NCBI RefSeq assembly: GCF_006345805.1
Contig: NC_042997.1
Location: 35,588,001 to 35,652,000 of the forward strand
Length of the DNA stretch: 64,000 nt
Source: Octopus sinensis
Lineage: Eukaryota
Direction: 5' to 3'
The position numbers and the translations under genes were made by a program. The first letter of the stretch is position 1; every line of letters starts with the position of its first letter. Of this stretch, positions 1 to 14,298 are shown one piece after another. The notes under the pieces were generated by a model, which was not told the DNA's origin, made no database searches, and worked only from the letters and a program-made list of their open reading frames with translations.

Positions 1-1162
1 ATATATCTAGAAAAAATTATAATGCAATATATTAAGCAAACACGCATTATTGTAATATCTTAAAATTCCGAAAGAATTACAGTTTTCAAACAGAATTGAA
101 ATAATGAAAATGTTGATGCAGATATGAAACGAAAGACAACAAAAATTTCTTTACAATGTTACTGTATAAAGACAAAGAGAAACAGAAACCACATGGCTGT
201 TAAGATAGCAATTCCTTCGTGCATTGTGTTTGGGAGAAACGTAAATATTCCTTTAATTAAAGGCATGATCAACAATAAAGTCAGAAAACAGAAACACAAG
301 CACATGATTTAATTAGGAATTGTTACACACGCACACACACACACACATATACATGTATACATATGTATATAGATACATGCATAATATATATAATATACAT
401 ACATGCATGTCTAAGTTTTCCCATATTGTTATGAGTATGTTATGTTTGTGATTTTGCGTGCTTGTTTATATATATTTATTTATAAAAATCATGCACATTT
501 ACGTTTTCAGTGCTATACATTATGAGAAACTTTATTTTATGCATATTTTTAAATAAACACAATAAAAATAAAACTGGCTATCATGAAAATATTACAATAA
601 AACTAACAGAAAATTGGCATTTGGAATATTATATTTTCATGGTGAATATAGCTTATAAGAGAAAACACAGAACACAGAGCTGTTAGGAATCCCCTTAAGA
701 ACATTAAAACAAAAGACGTATAAAGATTAAAGCATGAAAATAATCTATTTGCTAAGTAGATAAAACAATTATTTCAATCTTTTGTACCGTCCTTAATAAT
801 ATTTTCTCCCACAAATCAAGGTTATATGAGAAACGAAACCTTCAAGTCTATATTACATACCCAATTTCCGTCTTGATCAATCTATCATTTTTTCTGTCTC
901 TTTCTCTCCATATGCTCTCTCTCTCTCTCTCTCTCTCTGTGTCTTCGACCTGATCTCTCCGTCACTCTCACACACATATAAACACATATTGACATTCTGT
1001 AAGCAATTTTACTTGTCTCTCTTTCCAAGGTATTCACCTTACCTTCGTTCGATGTTCTGCCCCAATATTATATTTCAAATCTCACAATTATGCGCATTGG
1101 ATTAATAGGTTTTATAACAAATAAAAGGCCAAAGATAAAAAAGAAAAAGATAAGATTGCGTG

Positions 1163-1215
<53 letters not shown>

Positions 1216-1438
1216 ATATATATATATGTATATATATATACATATATATATGTGTGTATATATGTATATATATATATATACATAAATGTATATATATACA
1301 CATATATATATATATACACACATGTATATATATATATATAAATATATATGTATATATATATACACATACACACACACACACATATATATAAATATACTTA
1401 CATGCATATATATATATAATAAGTATTTATGCATTTAG

Positions 1439-1491
<53 letters not shown>

Positions 1492-1633
1492 ATATATATA
1501 TAAACGCACACACGTATACACCCACATGTTGTACAGTTCCCGTAGTACAGTTTTGTTGAAGTATTTGAATGCAAATGTATGTACATTCATCTATAAATAT
1601 ACACACAAACATAAATATATGTATTGGTGTATA

Positions 1634-1679
<46 letters not shown>

Positions 1680-2247
1680 ATGTATGTGTGTGTGTGAGTG
1701 TGTATAAGCAAGCATGCATTAGGCATAAGTATAAAAATACAAACATATAACAGCATATAGATGTGTGTATTTGCTTGTATTTGTGTGTAAGAATACGTAT
1801 TAGACATTGACTGAAGAGGAACTGGAAGAGGAATGAGTAGAATGAAACATCCGCAAGAGTAATGGGAAGAAGCAATGAATATATAAGTAGGAAAATGGGG
1901 GAATTGCGAAAAAGTATGAAAGAACATCAATAAAACATGAATAATATTATGAGTAATAGTTGATTCATTGGTAAATTATCATCATTATCGTAGATACATA
2001 CATACATACATAGATACACAACATGCATTTATATGTATGTATGTTTGTATGTATGTGTGTATGTATGTATGTATGTATGTATGTATGCATGTATGCATGT
2101 ATGTATGTATATATGTATGCATGCACGCATGTATCTATGAATCTATCTATCTATATATATATATGTATATATGTATGTATATATATATATTATATATATA
2201 TATGTATATATACATATATGTGTGTGTGTGTATATGTATATATATAT

Positions 2248-2385
<138 letters not shown>

Positions 2386-3299
2386 TTCTAAATATTACTT
2401 TGTGTGCATATACATGTTAACAACGTATATGACTATATATATATATATATATTTATAAATTCCAGCATATATTTAGAAATACATACATGCACTGCGATTT
2501 CCTTTATGTTGTATAGGAATTTATCTGCAGGTATTTGAATGTTCAAAAATTATAGCCTGTAAAGAGCGAAACAAAAAATCGATAGGTGTATAACGATTTA
2601 TTTAATATTCGGTTATAACTACTCATTTAGCGTTCAAATCTGTGATCTAGTGTCAATTTAATGGCTTATTAATTCATTAATAGACAGACGGTGAAGAAGA
2701 TGAAGTGAATAAAGATTATTAAATTGCATTTAAAAAATGCTTTCCTTATGAGATCTGTTATTATCTTTTAAAAAAAAAATTGAAGTATATTAGTCTGTAT
2801 ATAGCACATATGCAATGCACTCAATTACCTACTTAGAAACGTATACACACACGTATTTTGAAGTATCTATAAACATATTTGCACCGACGTTTCAGACGCT
2901 CAAAATTTCAAGGAATCTTTAACAAATATTGTATAACGCTCTGAAAGTTCTCGTAATCCGTCTCTAGATTTTCCTTTGCTCTGTTATCCGTGCCACAAGA
3001 TAATACTTCATGAGAAACTTGATTCTCCATAAATGAGTAGAGCAAAAATATTCGCACTATCCAAATACTCTATTGAGAGCATAGTGAAACGTTGTTCACT
3101 GTTTCAGATATTTCTTATATTGTTAATTAGTATTTTATTCTGCAAAAGTATAAAATATCTTCAATAAGTCTAAAAGACAAGCACCTGACACACGCACATA
3201 TATAGTAGATATGCTTATATTAAATAGAAAATTAAACAATGAATACACATGCACATACACAACACATACACTCAAACACATACACCATAAAAAATATAT

Positions 3300-4790
3300 T
3301 TAGTTTCAGCTCAAAGCTGTGTCTATGCTGGGAAACCGCCGTTTTGCTACATGTTATCATTGAGAGCCTCATCTAATATGTGACATTTGGTGAATAAGGG
3401 AGTTTGATGTCGCTACCCTCATTTGCAAATCTTGCTGTGAGGTAGGTTGATCGGAGACTATCGACAGGAAGAGGTCCAGGTGTGATTTGAAAACACTTCC
3501 ATCCACTTTGTATAGGTCTCTCAGGCGCTTTGGGAGAATATTAAAAAGCTTCGGTCCACTGAAACCGAGGCTGTTGCAGTAACCATTTCTGAAGCGCGAT
3601 GGCGTTGCTGGAGTCTTGGCACAGTGCACTGTCAACACGTTTTGACATTTGTGCAGCTTCCAATGCCACAATGTGGCACAATTACTTCCAGATGTATATT
3701 ACTGTATGCCTCTCCGGCCTTCCCTCCAGGGAGTAGAGTCTTAGCTGTTTCAGCCTTTCCCAGTAGCTGAGCTGTTGCAAAGAGACGATCTTCTTTGTGA
3801 AGCGCGCTGGATTGCTTGAAAATCCACTGTTAATGTTGAGTGACCATAGCCCGGAGCAGTAATCCAGGCGGCTGAAGACGAATGTCCTCCAGAGGACCAT
3901 CATGGTTTCTTTCTCTCTGGTTCTGAACATTGACAGGATCCATCCAGCCAGTCATCTGCCCTTTGTCACCATCCTGGTAATGTGCACTTGGAAAGACGTA
4001 TCATCACTCATGTCGATACTCAGGTCACTCCCCGATTTAGGCTCTGGGATTGTAATCCCCTGTGGACCAGTGTACCCCGTAGATTTTAGATTCAGTTTTG
4101 GACGCTGGTAGCGCTGGATTTGGAATGTTTGCAGTATTTAGCTGCCTATTATTGTCCACAGCCCATTCGTAAATTGAATCCAACACATGCTGCAGGCATG
4201 CAACACCGCTGCTGTTCTGTATTTTCTGCGAGACTTTCGCATCGTCTGCATACCTAGCAAGGATGGATATCCCGGGCAGCTCAGGGCATATCTGAGAGGG
4301 CTACTCTGAAAAGAAGTTTTCCCAAGACAGTGCCCTCTGGAACATCACTCTCCAAGTTTCCCTGCTATGCAAAGATCACGCAATGTATGGCGTATTATAC
4401 CATGATCCACTTCATCAAAATCTTTTGCAAGGTCAAGGTATATTTGAGATGTTGGGTAATTGCCTCAACACTCAGTCGTAGTGCTGTAAGTACTGGATTA
4501 GGGAGCTGATACCTGGTCGATAACCATGCTCAGCAAGTCCTTTACTTCTAGGAATACGATTATTTTCCCTCTGACTATCCGTTCCCTGATTTTGCTGATG
4601 TGTGGAGTCAGAGCGATTGGGCTATAGTTTTTGGCATTTGCTCTGCTTTCTCCTTTATCGGTTGGGTATATTATTGCCTCCTTCCGCTTGCTTAGCAGCC
4701 TGCCAATTGCAACGAGCTCTGTACGTTAATATGTAGTGGTTTCGCCAGAGCAAGCGTGTACGATTTGAGGAGGATTGCTGGGAAACATTC
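3300..4790 (-). mobile_element. 5'-truncated, decayed non-LTR retrotransposon (CR1/L2-group LINE): RT domain, C-terminus and 3' tail
   Basis: Minus-strand translation gives RT motifs in the expected order: FPAILLK, AKNYSPIALTPHISKIRERIV (~4630-4580), YLDLAKDFDEVDH (4440-4402), VPEGTVLG (~4343-4320), YADDA (~4254-4240), RTFVFSRLDYCSGLW, and C-terminal NSLGFSGPKLFNILPK...SNSLIHQMSHIR* (stop at 3369). Multiple frameshifts and stops. Clade assignment is from recalled motifs. Confidence 0.92.
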
Positions 4791-6060
4791 GTTTGAGACA
4801 TTCTTCAATTTCACACTATATTTAAATAATCATCTGATATATATCGCAAGTATTGTCGATGTGTGTGGAGGTGAAGCATGATTTGAAAACACATGTCACT
4901 AAACGATCTAAGATATGTATCCCTAAAAATAACATATTTGCACAAATATTAAACCGATATGACGAAAACAAGTATAACTAATTTAAAATGTCATTTTACA
5001 AAATTAGTAACTCATTCTCGAAACAGGGTTTTCAGAATAACGAATTTGAAATCAATATAAATTAAGAATCATTTATTGCATAAAACAAATTAACAGCTAT
5101 TTTAATTCAGGGATAAAAATCCGCCCACAATTAATTAAAACGCATATTTCCATTAACCCAGGATACCTAAAAACTTTAGGTATCGTAGTTTAGTATATAT
5201 AAGTGGTGATTGTGTTAAGGTGTAAAAGTTTAGCTATTGGCAGTGAAATCGGCCATGTATCTACACATGCATGCGTATCTCTAGATAATCTCTCTGTAAG
5301 TATGTATACGTGAGTATATATTTACATAGCTATATAATACACACAACAGCGCGTGAGCGCACACACTAACGCAAGCACACATATATGAATATAAAGATAG
5401 GTATATGGATAAGGATAGATAAAATAAATAGATATATAGATTGATAGACAGAAAGATAGATAAATAGATATATAGATAGATAGATGGAGTTAAAGAGACA
5501 TGCACTTGTAATTTATGCGGGTGTGCACGCACTTTCGTATGTAAACATTTGCAACATATGTATGTAAATTTTCAATTTACAACAATAGTTAACCTATGGT
5601 AATTCCAATTTTAACCTCTCCGACAGAATAATTATATAACCCCAATTTTTTTATCTCTCCCTTACTATATCAGAGAATTTCTGTAGTTGGTATCGACTTT
5701 TCTAACAATCTAACTCTCCCCAGCAACCAGCTTCAATTAACTCAATCGATTATGCAAATTTAAATTAACTATCGAACTTAGAGACACCGTCATAACCTCT
5801 GGGTGATAACCACCAAGAAACTCAAGTCCAAGAGTATCTCCCCACGCAATTACTAATCGGTCACAGACTGTGTGTAGTTTGCCAACTGGATATGTCTTCC
5901 TGGGGCTATAAGCATCAGTAGCACTGTCCTGTATAGGACACCACACTTAGCTGGCAAATATATATTACGGTTCCGTAGTGATACTGTTTACATCTCACTC
6001 AGAGATTTAACATAGCATGGTCTCTCTTTTCTATATATATATATAGTTAATCCAAACATG

Positions 6061-6233
6061 AAAACACAAAGAGAAAACACAACAACGCGAGGGCGTGGAA
6101 CAAATATAGTATTATTGGACGCTCAGGAAAGAAGGAAAGAAGGAGGGTTTAACGTTTCGAGCGGAGCTCTTCGTTGGAAACTTAGGAGAAGGGAAGACAA
6201 AGGGAAAAAATTGCCAACGGTACACATGCGGTC
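6061..6233 (-). mobile_element. ~170-bp interspersed repeat carrying a hammerhead-ribozyme motif (Penelope pLTR/retrozyme-like), copy 1
   Basis: About 85% similar by eye to the reverse complement of 51262-51432. Flanked by (TA)n and (CA)n tracts. Confidence 0.8.
6147..6181 (-). ncRNA. Minimal type-I hammerhead ribozyme motif with mutated core
   Basis: Minus strand reads GUUU-CCAACGA-A-GAG-cuccg-CUC-GAAA-CG-UU-AAAC. Stem I (GUUU/AAAC), stem II (GAG/CUC), GAAA and the palindromic ACGU stem III are present. The core is CCAACGA instead of CUGANGA. Confidence 0.6.
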
Positions 6234-6273
6234 AAACACACACACACACTCACACACACACACATACACACAC

Positions 6274-6319
<46 letters not shown>

Positions 6320-7134
6320 CAAACAATATATATATATATTTTACCACAATCCTAAACAGTCTAGTCCGGGGCAAATCCCTGGATAGTAATTGAGCTTTTG
6401 ACATACTGAAATCAATAAGAGCAATAATGTATTTTCTGTTTATCTAAACACACACGCACACGCGCACTCGCGTTTATGAATGAATGAATAATGAAGGAAT
6501 AATTTTGCTGGAGTGAAAGCTTTCCTAAAATAACTATATGTATTACTCACTACACGTTATTTCAGTATGACAGTTTTTTTTTCAATAATATATCATTTAA
6601 CTGCATATACAGTACATACCATCGACCTTTTAACTTTTGGCTTGTGCTCAGTTGTACAAACAAATATATGCTGAACACGAGGTGATATTGAACTTATTCA
6701 TCATACCATGCCTTCTTCATTTCGAACTATAAGGTGCAATTTATGCTTACCATCTGCAGAAATCTCATCTTCGTTGACATCAGCATTTAATGCAGAATGT
6801 CATGATTTCATTAAACGCTCAGATTCTCTTTGAGGAAGTAATAAAACTTTGCAGGAATTTCAAAATATCATTTATCCGTTGCGTTAGATGTTTAAATATG
6901 TTTCATCAGAGATGGTGTGCAATAATTTATTTTATAGGAAAAAAAAATAGTCTGAGCGTAGTTGAACCATGTTACCTTCATGCCTTTCTCCTGGATAACT
7001 TTTGGTATGTCAATTATTGCCTACACTAGAGTGCACCACTGATAAAGAGCACGATTTTAAAGCATTAATACGACTAGTCCCATATGAGATTAAAAACTAT
7101 CAACAAGTGTTTGATACGATATAATGAAACACAA

Positions 7135-7298
7135 GGCCGGGCGAAATGCGTAGTGGTATTTCGTCTGTCTATACGTTCTGCGTTTAAATTCCAACGAGGT
7201 CGACTTTGCCGTTCATCATTTCGGGTTCGTACTGGGTCAATCTAATCGACTGGCTGCCTCCCCCAAAATGTCAGGCCTTGTGCCTAGTGTAGAAAAGA
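7135..7298 (+). mobile_element. tRNA-derived SINE, family B, monomeric and 5'-truncated, with 16-bp TSD
   Basis: Matches 33358-33751 and 63378-63773. Perfect flanking direct repeat ATATAATGAAACACAA at 7119-7134 and 7299-7314. Confidence 0.88.
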
Positions 7299-7543
7299 AT
7301 ATAATGAAACACAACATTTGTGATGTAAATATTAATATTAAGGTGTAATTTAAGGAACTGGTGTGTTGGCGCTACATTTGATCTTTTAAGGGTGGGTAAA
7401 AAAGCTTGACAATGATAAGCCTTATGCGTTGTAATCGATATATCTCTCAATGGATATGTTACACGATGTGCCAGTGTCAAATATCAATATCAACTTTTAA
7501 TTACACATGATATAGAGTACTCGTGTTTATATATATATATAAA

Positions 7544-7874
7544 GGAGTAAAGACCCCCTTCGGTCATGAATGACCATGGGATTGCACCTAGAAAGTTACC
7601 CTCCTAGACACAAGTCCGGGCAAGGTTATTTATGGAAGACCAGCAGTCGCCCATGCATACCAGCCTCCCCTCTCCACGCCACCAGTGTTATCCAAGGGAA
7701 AGACAAAGGTCGATACAGCTTGGCACCTGTGACGTCGCAACTCATTTCTACAGGTGAGTGAACTGGAGCAACGTGAAATAAAGTGCCTTGCTCAAGAACA
7801 CAACACGCAGCCCGGTCCGGGATTCGAGCTCACAACCTCACGATCGTAAGCTCGACGCTCTAACCACTGAGCCA
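7544..7874 (-). mobile_element. tRNA-derived SINE, family C
   Basis: Minus strand begins TGGCTCAGTGGTTAGAGCG (A box) ... GAGCTCGAATCCCGG (B-box-like), then CTTGAGCAAGGCACTTTATTTCACGTTGCTCCAG. It does not close into a full tRNA and sits between (TA)n tracts. Confidence 0.85.
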
Positions 7875-8147
<273 letters not shown>

Positions 8148-9605
8148 ATTACTAAATGAATATATACAATTTTATGATTTTAAATACTATAAATATACAC
8201 CATAAATGATGTTACGAGCCATAAAATAATCCATTTCAAACATTCCGCTCACGAAGTACTTTTTTCACTTCCTTTCGTCAAGAAGTATACCCAGGACATT
8301 TGTTTTGGATATTAGAAATTGCAGTCGCAATTTAAAAAGGTTTGTAACTTAAGTAATCACGACTAACATATTGTAATAGCAATTATTTATATAACATAGC
8401 TAATAATAATTGCCTCATTATTCTAATGATACAGTGTTAGGAGAAGGAAATACAAGTATCAGAGTTGTGTGCGATTGAGTTGTAAACCAAAAAGAATTGC
8501 AAGTATATAAATTGTTTACAATTACAAAGTAGTCAAGATCTGACGTCATACAGAATTTGCCACAAGCGTCAGCTAATCTTTCTTAAATCTAATAATCAAC
8601 AGCGTATTGTTGATAGAGAACAAATCACATTTTTTCAACAAGTGTTGCTGACATATTAGGGTGTATTTCTACTGTCACCTCACTAATGTCTGTCACAAAA
8701 CTTATGCTTTTAATCACTAAAATAATTAAAACGTATTATACCGATGCGCGAAATGCAGTTAATGGCAAAATCAACGGACATCGATTAAGATGCTATAGTG
8801 ATATTATAATGAAAATAACAATTTTCAAAATATGATATAACAGTAAAGTGTACAGCAGTAAATGAAATCCTACTTTGTGTAACTATTAGATGTTTGAAGT
8901 AAAGACTAGTGTCGATTGAATAAAATGCTATGTTGACATAAACATAATGTTAATTCTAAAATCATGAAGTGAAGATCCTGCGTGGTGTCTAAAGCTAATA
9001 TGGGTGGCTAATTACTTGATGCTAATTAGATAGCTATGTAATCAACAAAAACATAACCTTTGATTTCTACTTCTATATCAAGTGACAACTATGTGAATAT
9101 ATTTTTTTTTTAAATTGGAATAATTATGCTAAGAGGAAAAAATTAAGACTAAAGTTTTGCTTTGGTTTTTTCTGGGCATCACGATGATACAGTCAGAGGA
9201 TGATTCTTTCTACGATCAGTAAATTAAAAAGAGGCAGAAAATATTTTGTCATGATTCATTAATCGATTAATTCAGTATATTCATTTCCCCTCTTACATCG
9301 ATGTATTCGCATAAAAACACACACAAGCTCATACAGATAAAATCGCGTGTATGCGCGCACAGCTCCGCACATATTAACATATGCACACTTAGTCGCACGT
9401 TTACATACGCGCATATTTTCTACATTACTACATATATATCACTGCCTTGATATGTATATGTGTGTGTATAGACATGCACACACACAAACACACACAAGCA
9501 CACACACACATGTTTCGGAGATGATCCATATACATACATTATTATATACATTATTATATATACACACATTATTATCTACATATGAAGAAGAGTGTATTTT
9601 TGTTA

Positions 9606-9652
<47 letters not shown>

Positions 9653-9657
9653 GTGTG

Positions 9658-9690
<33 letters not shown>

Positions 9691-9764
9691 TTGTGTGTGT
9701 ATGTATATATGTATGTATATCATATATATATATATATAGCAATTCATGTACATTTTTTTATTCT

Positions 9765-10288
9765 TTTAATCTTTTGGTTGTTTTAGTCATTTCATTGCAG
9801 CCATGCCGGGGCAAAAGCTTTAAGTAGCTTTTTATTTATCGAAGTAATCAAACACAAGACACATCTGTTTTAAGCCTAGTAATTATTCTATCGGTCCATG
9901 TTGCCTAACCACTGTGTTACGGGGACGTAAACACACCAACGCTGATTGTGAAGTTGTGATGGGAGAACGATACAGCCACAAAAACGCACACACACTCATA
10001 TATATATATATATATACATATATATATACATATATATTATATATATATTTATATATACATACACATATATAAACATTGTGTGCATGTACACACACATACA
10101 CAAATATACACACATACACACATACACACACACAATCACACACACATATATATATACACCCACGGGCACAATTTTTTTTCGTCTACCAAATCCACTTTGG
10201 TCGCCCCGATTTTATTGAAGAAAACACGTAATGTGACTGAATCCGGGAACATGTTGTCCGGAAGCAAACTTCTTACCATACGGCCACA
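9765..10288 (-). mobile_element. tRNA-derived SINE, family A, diverged, with expanded internal (TA)/(CA) microsatellite
   Basis: The reverse complement matches 52189-52630 at the head (GTGGCCGTATGGTAAGAAGTTTGCTT), middle (GTGGATTTGGTAGACG; GGTGTGTTTACGTCCCCGTAAC) and tail (CCGGCATGGCTGCAATGAAATGACTAAAAC). Confidence 0.8.
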
Positions 10289-10854
10289 TGTATACATTCA
10301 TGTCTATATATTAATAGATTTAAATGTATTTATAAAAGTCTATGTACGTTATAAATATATGTATATAATTTCCATTGTATTCATACCCGCACATCTCCAA
10401 TATAGCGATATAATGAAAACAAATTATAATTGATTAGGTTGTCAACAACAACTTCACACTCGACATTGAACTATTGATGTGAAAATTTGACGCACATACA
10501 ATGAAAGATACTCGGCGCAGAAAGTTGTTCACATTATTACTTTGGTATGGGTTTATGCAAAATGTCACGTATTACAATATTTTTTATAAGTATAATTTGT
10601 GTGTGTGTGTGTGTGTGAGTGTATAAACCGGAATTTATATATCAAATCATAACCTTCATATATAAAGACAGTGATACGCACACAAAACGCACACAAAAAT
10701 ACATATATATATGTACATGCAAAATGCACGCAGGCACATATAAGCACATACATGTAGAAATATATATCTACACTCATGCACACACACACATACACACACA
10801 AACACAGGTATATACCCACTCTCTCTTTTTTTCTCTCTCTCTCTCTCTATACAT

Positions 10855-10900
<46 letters not shown>

Positions 10901-12730
10901 TTATATATATATTTATAACTTATTCAACAATAACTCTATATTATTTTATGTTATGGTTATACAGAATGTGAAAACTACACGTTATTTATCACTACCTGTG
11001 GATAAACATAAGTGAATATATATAAACGTATGTAAATAAACGTATCTTACTTACCACCAGATCTTATTTTCTGAGTAAAATCCACTGATAACAGTACAGT
11101 CGGTGATTCCCATGTTTCGTCGCCGCACAAGTGCGTTAAGTTATTGTAAATTATTTATAAAAATCAATGATAGCACTAATAATTCATTAACAATAATATT
11201 ATTGTTATGTTATTCAATATAGTTATACATACATGTGTATATATATTTATATTGCTTAGAGTTTACCTATTTGTGTTATTTTTCAAAAAATATTTGAATG
11301 AATAATTCCAGGGTTACATATGCTAAAATTTTGCTTAAAATAATGGTAAAATATCTAAGTTATTTTGTATGATTTTTTTTTATGGTTTTGCTTCTTTCAC
11401 GAGATAATATACCGTACGTCAGTTCTTCTAGCGCGGGACAATGAATGAAGAAAGTCTCATTAATGCCATGTATAAACTGCAGCTTACAACGAGCTTTCAA
11501 CGCAACAGGCACCTTGGATGATCCATCAAGTCTTCAGTAGGCCACCTGCAGTGAGAAAATGAGAAGGAAAAAAAATAGAATATGATGATGAAAATATAAA
11601 AATGTGAAAAAGAAATCGAAGAATTTAGAGTTGCTAGTTAACAGTGAAATAAATAAATAAATAAATGAAAATGGGAAGGGGGTAGAAAGAAGAAATAAAT
11701 AATATTAAACAATAAGATGCTAGTTGGAGAGGAGATAGAATGCGGATGGTTTACGAAACGACATTTCTTCAAGAACAATGGTCAGTGAAGTTGAAAGAAA
11801 ATCTGAATGCAGTTTCCTGTATTGCATACGTAAGACCACTGGAGCGCAAAATAGGAATATGAAGCTACTAAAGAGAAAAAAATATTCAGCATTTTAAAGA
11901 AAAAAGTCATTGATATAAACGGTTGTAAATACATTAGTAGTTGTGCTAGTAGAGGTGTAAGTGTTGATGGCAATGCTTGTACTAGTGATGTTTGTTGCCA
12001 GTAGAAGGAAACTTTACCGAGGATGCATATGGTATGCGGTTGTTTGTAGTTCATTTGCGTTTGCAAATAGCGTTCCTATGTGTGTTACATGACACTCGAG
12101 AAACACGATATGGTTGGATGACTTCATTTCTATTTATCCGTGTCCACTTACACATACATACAAGTGTGTGTGTGTGTGGGGGGGGGGTGTTTGTGTGTGT
12201 GTAATATCTCGGATGTGAATTATTACTAGTACTAAAAGTTCTATTTGCGCTTTAGAAAACTTTGTTTACCCACAGGAGAGTAAATGTTATCCACTGGTTT
12301 CTTCTCGCAATAATCCATAGGAAACTGTGTCACCTTTTGCGAAATAATATGAACTAATGTAGCTTAGGTATTTTGTTCATACGGAAAAATTGAGTTGTTC
12401 ACTGGTTCAGATTGCATACTTATATATGTTCACACTAATTAATGAAATATAAAGGGCGTTGACAAAATATATTCATTTAAGAAATGAGCAGGTGCATTAA
12501 TAAAAGAAATAAACGACTATATGGTGAGAGTTTTAAAATAATCAAAGATGCCGATTTTGTACTTTAATACTTGCTTAAATATTATTGAAATAACTTAAAT
12601 ATTTGAACTTCAGTAAAACCATTTGCTATTGCACTTTTTTTTTTGGACACAGTTTTCTTTCAAATTTGATTTAGAAGCAATTCGAGGTATTTATTCGAAA
12701 TTGAGCACACGTACACACAGAATGTGTGTT

Positions 12731-13010
12731 GTTAGTTCGTGGGTCGGCAGCGGTTTTTAGACGTAAGAGAATATATTCTCTATGAGAATGAGAAAATACC
12801 CAGAAAACTGAATGCAAGTCTGTCAAGCGAGACAACTCACAAGTCCCTTCTCAGATAGACGGATATTGATATTTCGGCATTGTTTTGACTTATCAATGTC
12901 GCATACCAGTATGCTTGACTATGGCTTACATTCAGAAAAAGTTTATACATCACAAGCATAGAGAATACATTCTCTTGTGCCTATGAACCGCAGCCAACCA
13001 CCGAACTAAC
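12731..13010. mobile_element. MITE (non-autonomous DNA transposon) with ~54-bp imperfect TIRs
   Basis: Left end GTTAGTTCGTGGGTCGGCAGCGGTT...AAGAGAATATATTCTCTATG. Reverse complement of right end GTTAGTTCGGTGGTTGGCTGCGGTT...AAGAGAATGTATTCTCTATG. TA follows the right end. No ORF. Confidence 0.75.
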
Positions 13011-13409
13011 TAATATCTTGTGTATGTGTGTTCGGTTTTGTTTAGAGTTATCTTTGTTCTAAAGACAAATAAATTAACTATGCCAGATGAGATCACAGCT
13101 GTGCTGAAAATCAATGTATGCAGCTGCATATATCATCATTTGTCAAAACTCTCTTGTCTTTATTGTAACCTTTTTTTAACATTGATGATGGGTCATACAA
13201 AACAGACATTCTACACTTGACATGTAGAATCCTTGTTAACATAACATATATCTGCCTCCAGTCTTCTATATCACTTTTCAGCGAGCAGGCAGAATTGTTA
13301 TCATACAGGGGAAAATACTCAGCGACATTTCTTGCATCTTTACATTCTGAGTTCAAACACCGCGAAAGATTACTTTAACTTTCATTATACCGGGCTCGAA
13401 TTGATATGC

Positions 13410-13497
13410 ACCAATTGCAAGCTAGTTTCCATGTAAGTGACTAGCCCCCTCCTACGAAATTTCAGAATTTGCCCCTATATTAGGAACAAGAAATTTT
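13410..13497 (+). mobile_element. Degenerate 3' fragment of SINE family B
   Basis: GTAAGTGACTAGCCCCCTCCTACGAAATTTCAG...CCTATATTAGGAACAAG resembles the family-B tail. Confidence 0.35.
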
Positions 13498-14262
13498 GTA
13501 TTTTCCTTAGAGTGTCTAGGATTTAAAAAACACAAACTAGTAAAATATGTTGAGGTTCGTACATATGCAATCAATGATAATTTAATATCTCATTGTTTTT
13601 GTCATTCTAATATTGGAACACACGAATTGAAACTGCTAAAATAGGACAACATCGTGTATGTATTGCTCTTTAATCCTCTGTCAATATGGCTTCTAACATT
13701 CTACTATAGATTAAATGTGTCGATGCAGTATTCCAGAATACTACGTACACATGATGATAATTTAAAATAGTTTTCTTTAAAACATAGAAAGCGTAAGCGA
13801 CATGAAAAAACAGGAAATTGATTTTTCTAAAGCTATTTCGCGTTTTTAAATAATAACAACCGTTTTCCATACCACCCACTCTAATGGAAAAATTTTAACA
13901 CTAGTAGACTTTCTGTGAACACTAATACTATTATCTGATATTATATTTCCAGCTTGTTTTCAAGGCTTATTTTCTGAACTTAATTACGTGATATATTTTA
14001 GCATATATTTTATGTAAATGACGTATTTTTAGTGTTTCAGATATGAATATGAAAATCGAGAGGTTTCGTAGATGATGTATATACATACATACACACACAC
14101 GCACACACACACATACACACACACCACACACACATACACACACAAACACATATATGTTTATACATATATGCGTATTCGTGAGTGTGTGCATGTGCATGTG
14201 TGTGCATTGTATATTATATATATCTTCCACAAACACACACACATACATACATACATACATAT

Positions 14263-14298
<36 letters not shown>

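Noticed and set aside
5590-6030. Mixed-sequence block upstream of the hammerhead repeat, with a small hairpin TGTCCT-GTAT-AGGACA (5925-5940)
   Set aside because: No homology to the other hammerhead copies or to the PLE within the window, so it cannot be assigned.
7780-7874. tRNA-like sequences (also 34840-34921 and 52189-52260)
   Set aside because: A and B boxes are present, but there is no complete cloverleaf and each runs into a SINE body. Called as SINE heads, not tRNA genes.
11782-12066. Thr/Ser-rich reading frames
   Set aside because: Derived from a decayed (ACT/AGT)n-like low-complexity tract.
13111-13356. 81-aa complex-sequence ORF (MNSECKDARNVAEYF...)
   Set aside because: No recognisable motif or convincing splice signals, and the length is within chance expectation.
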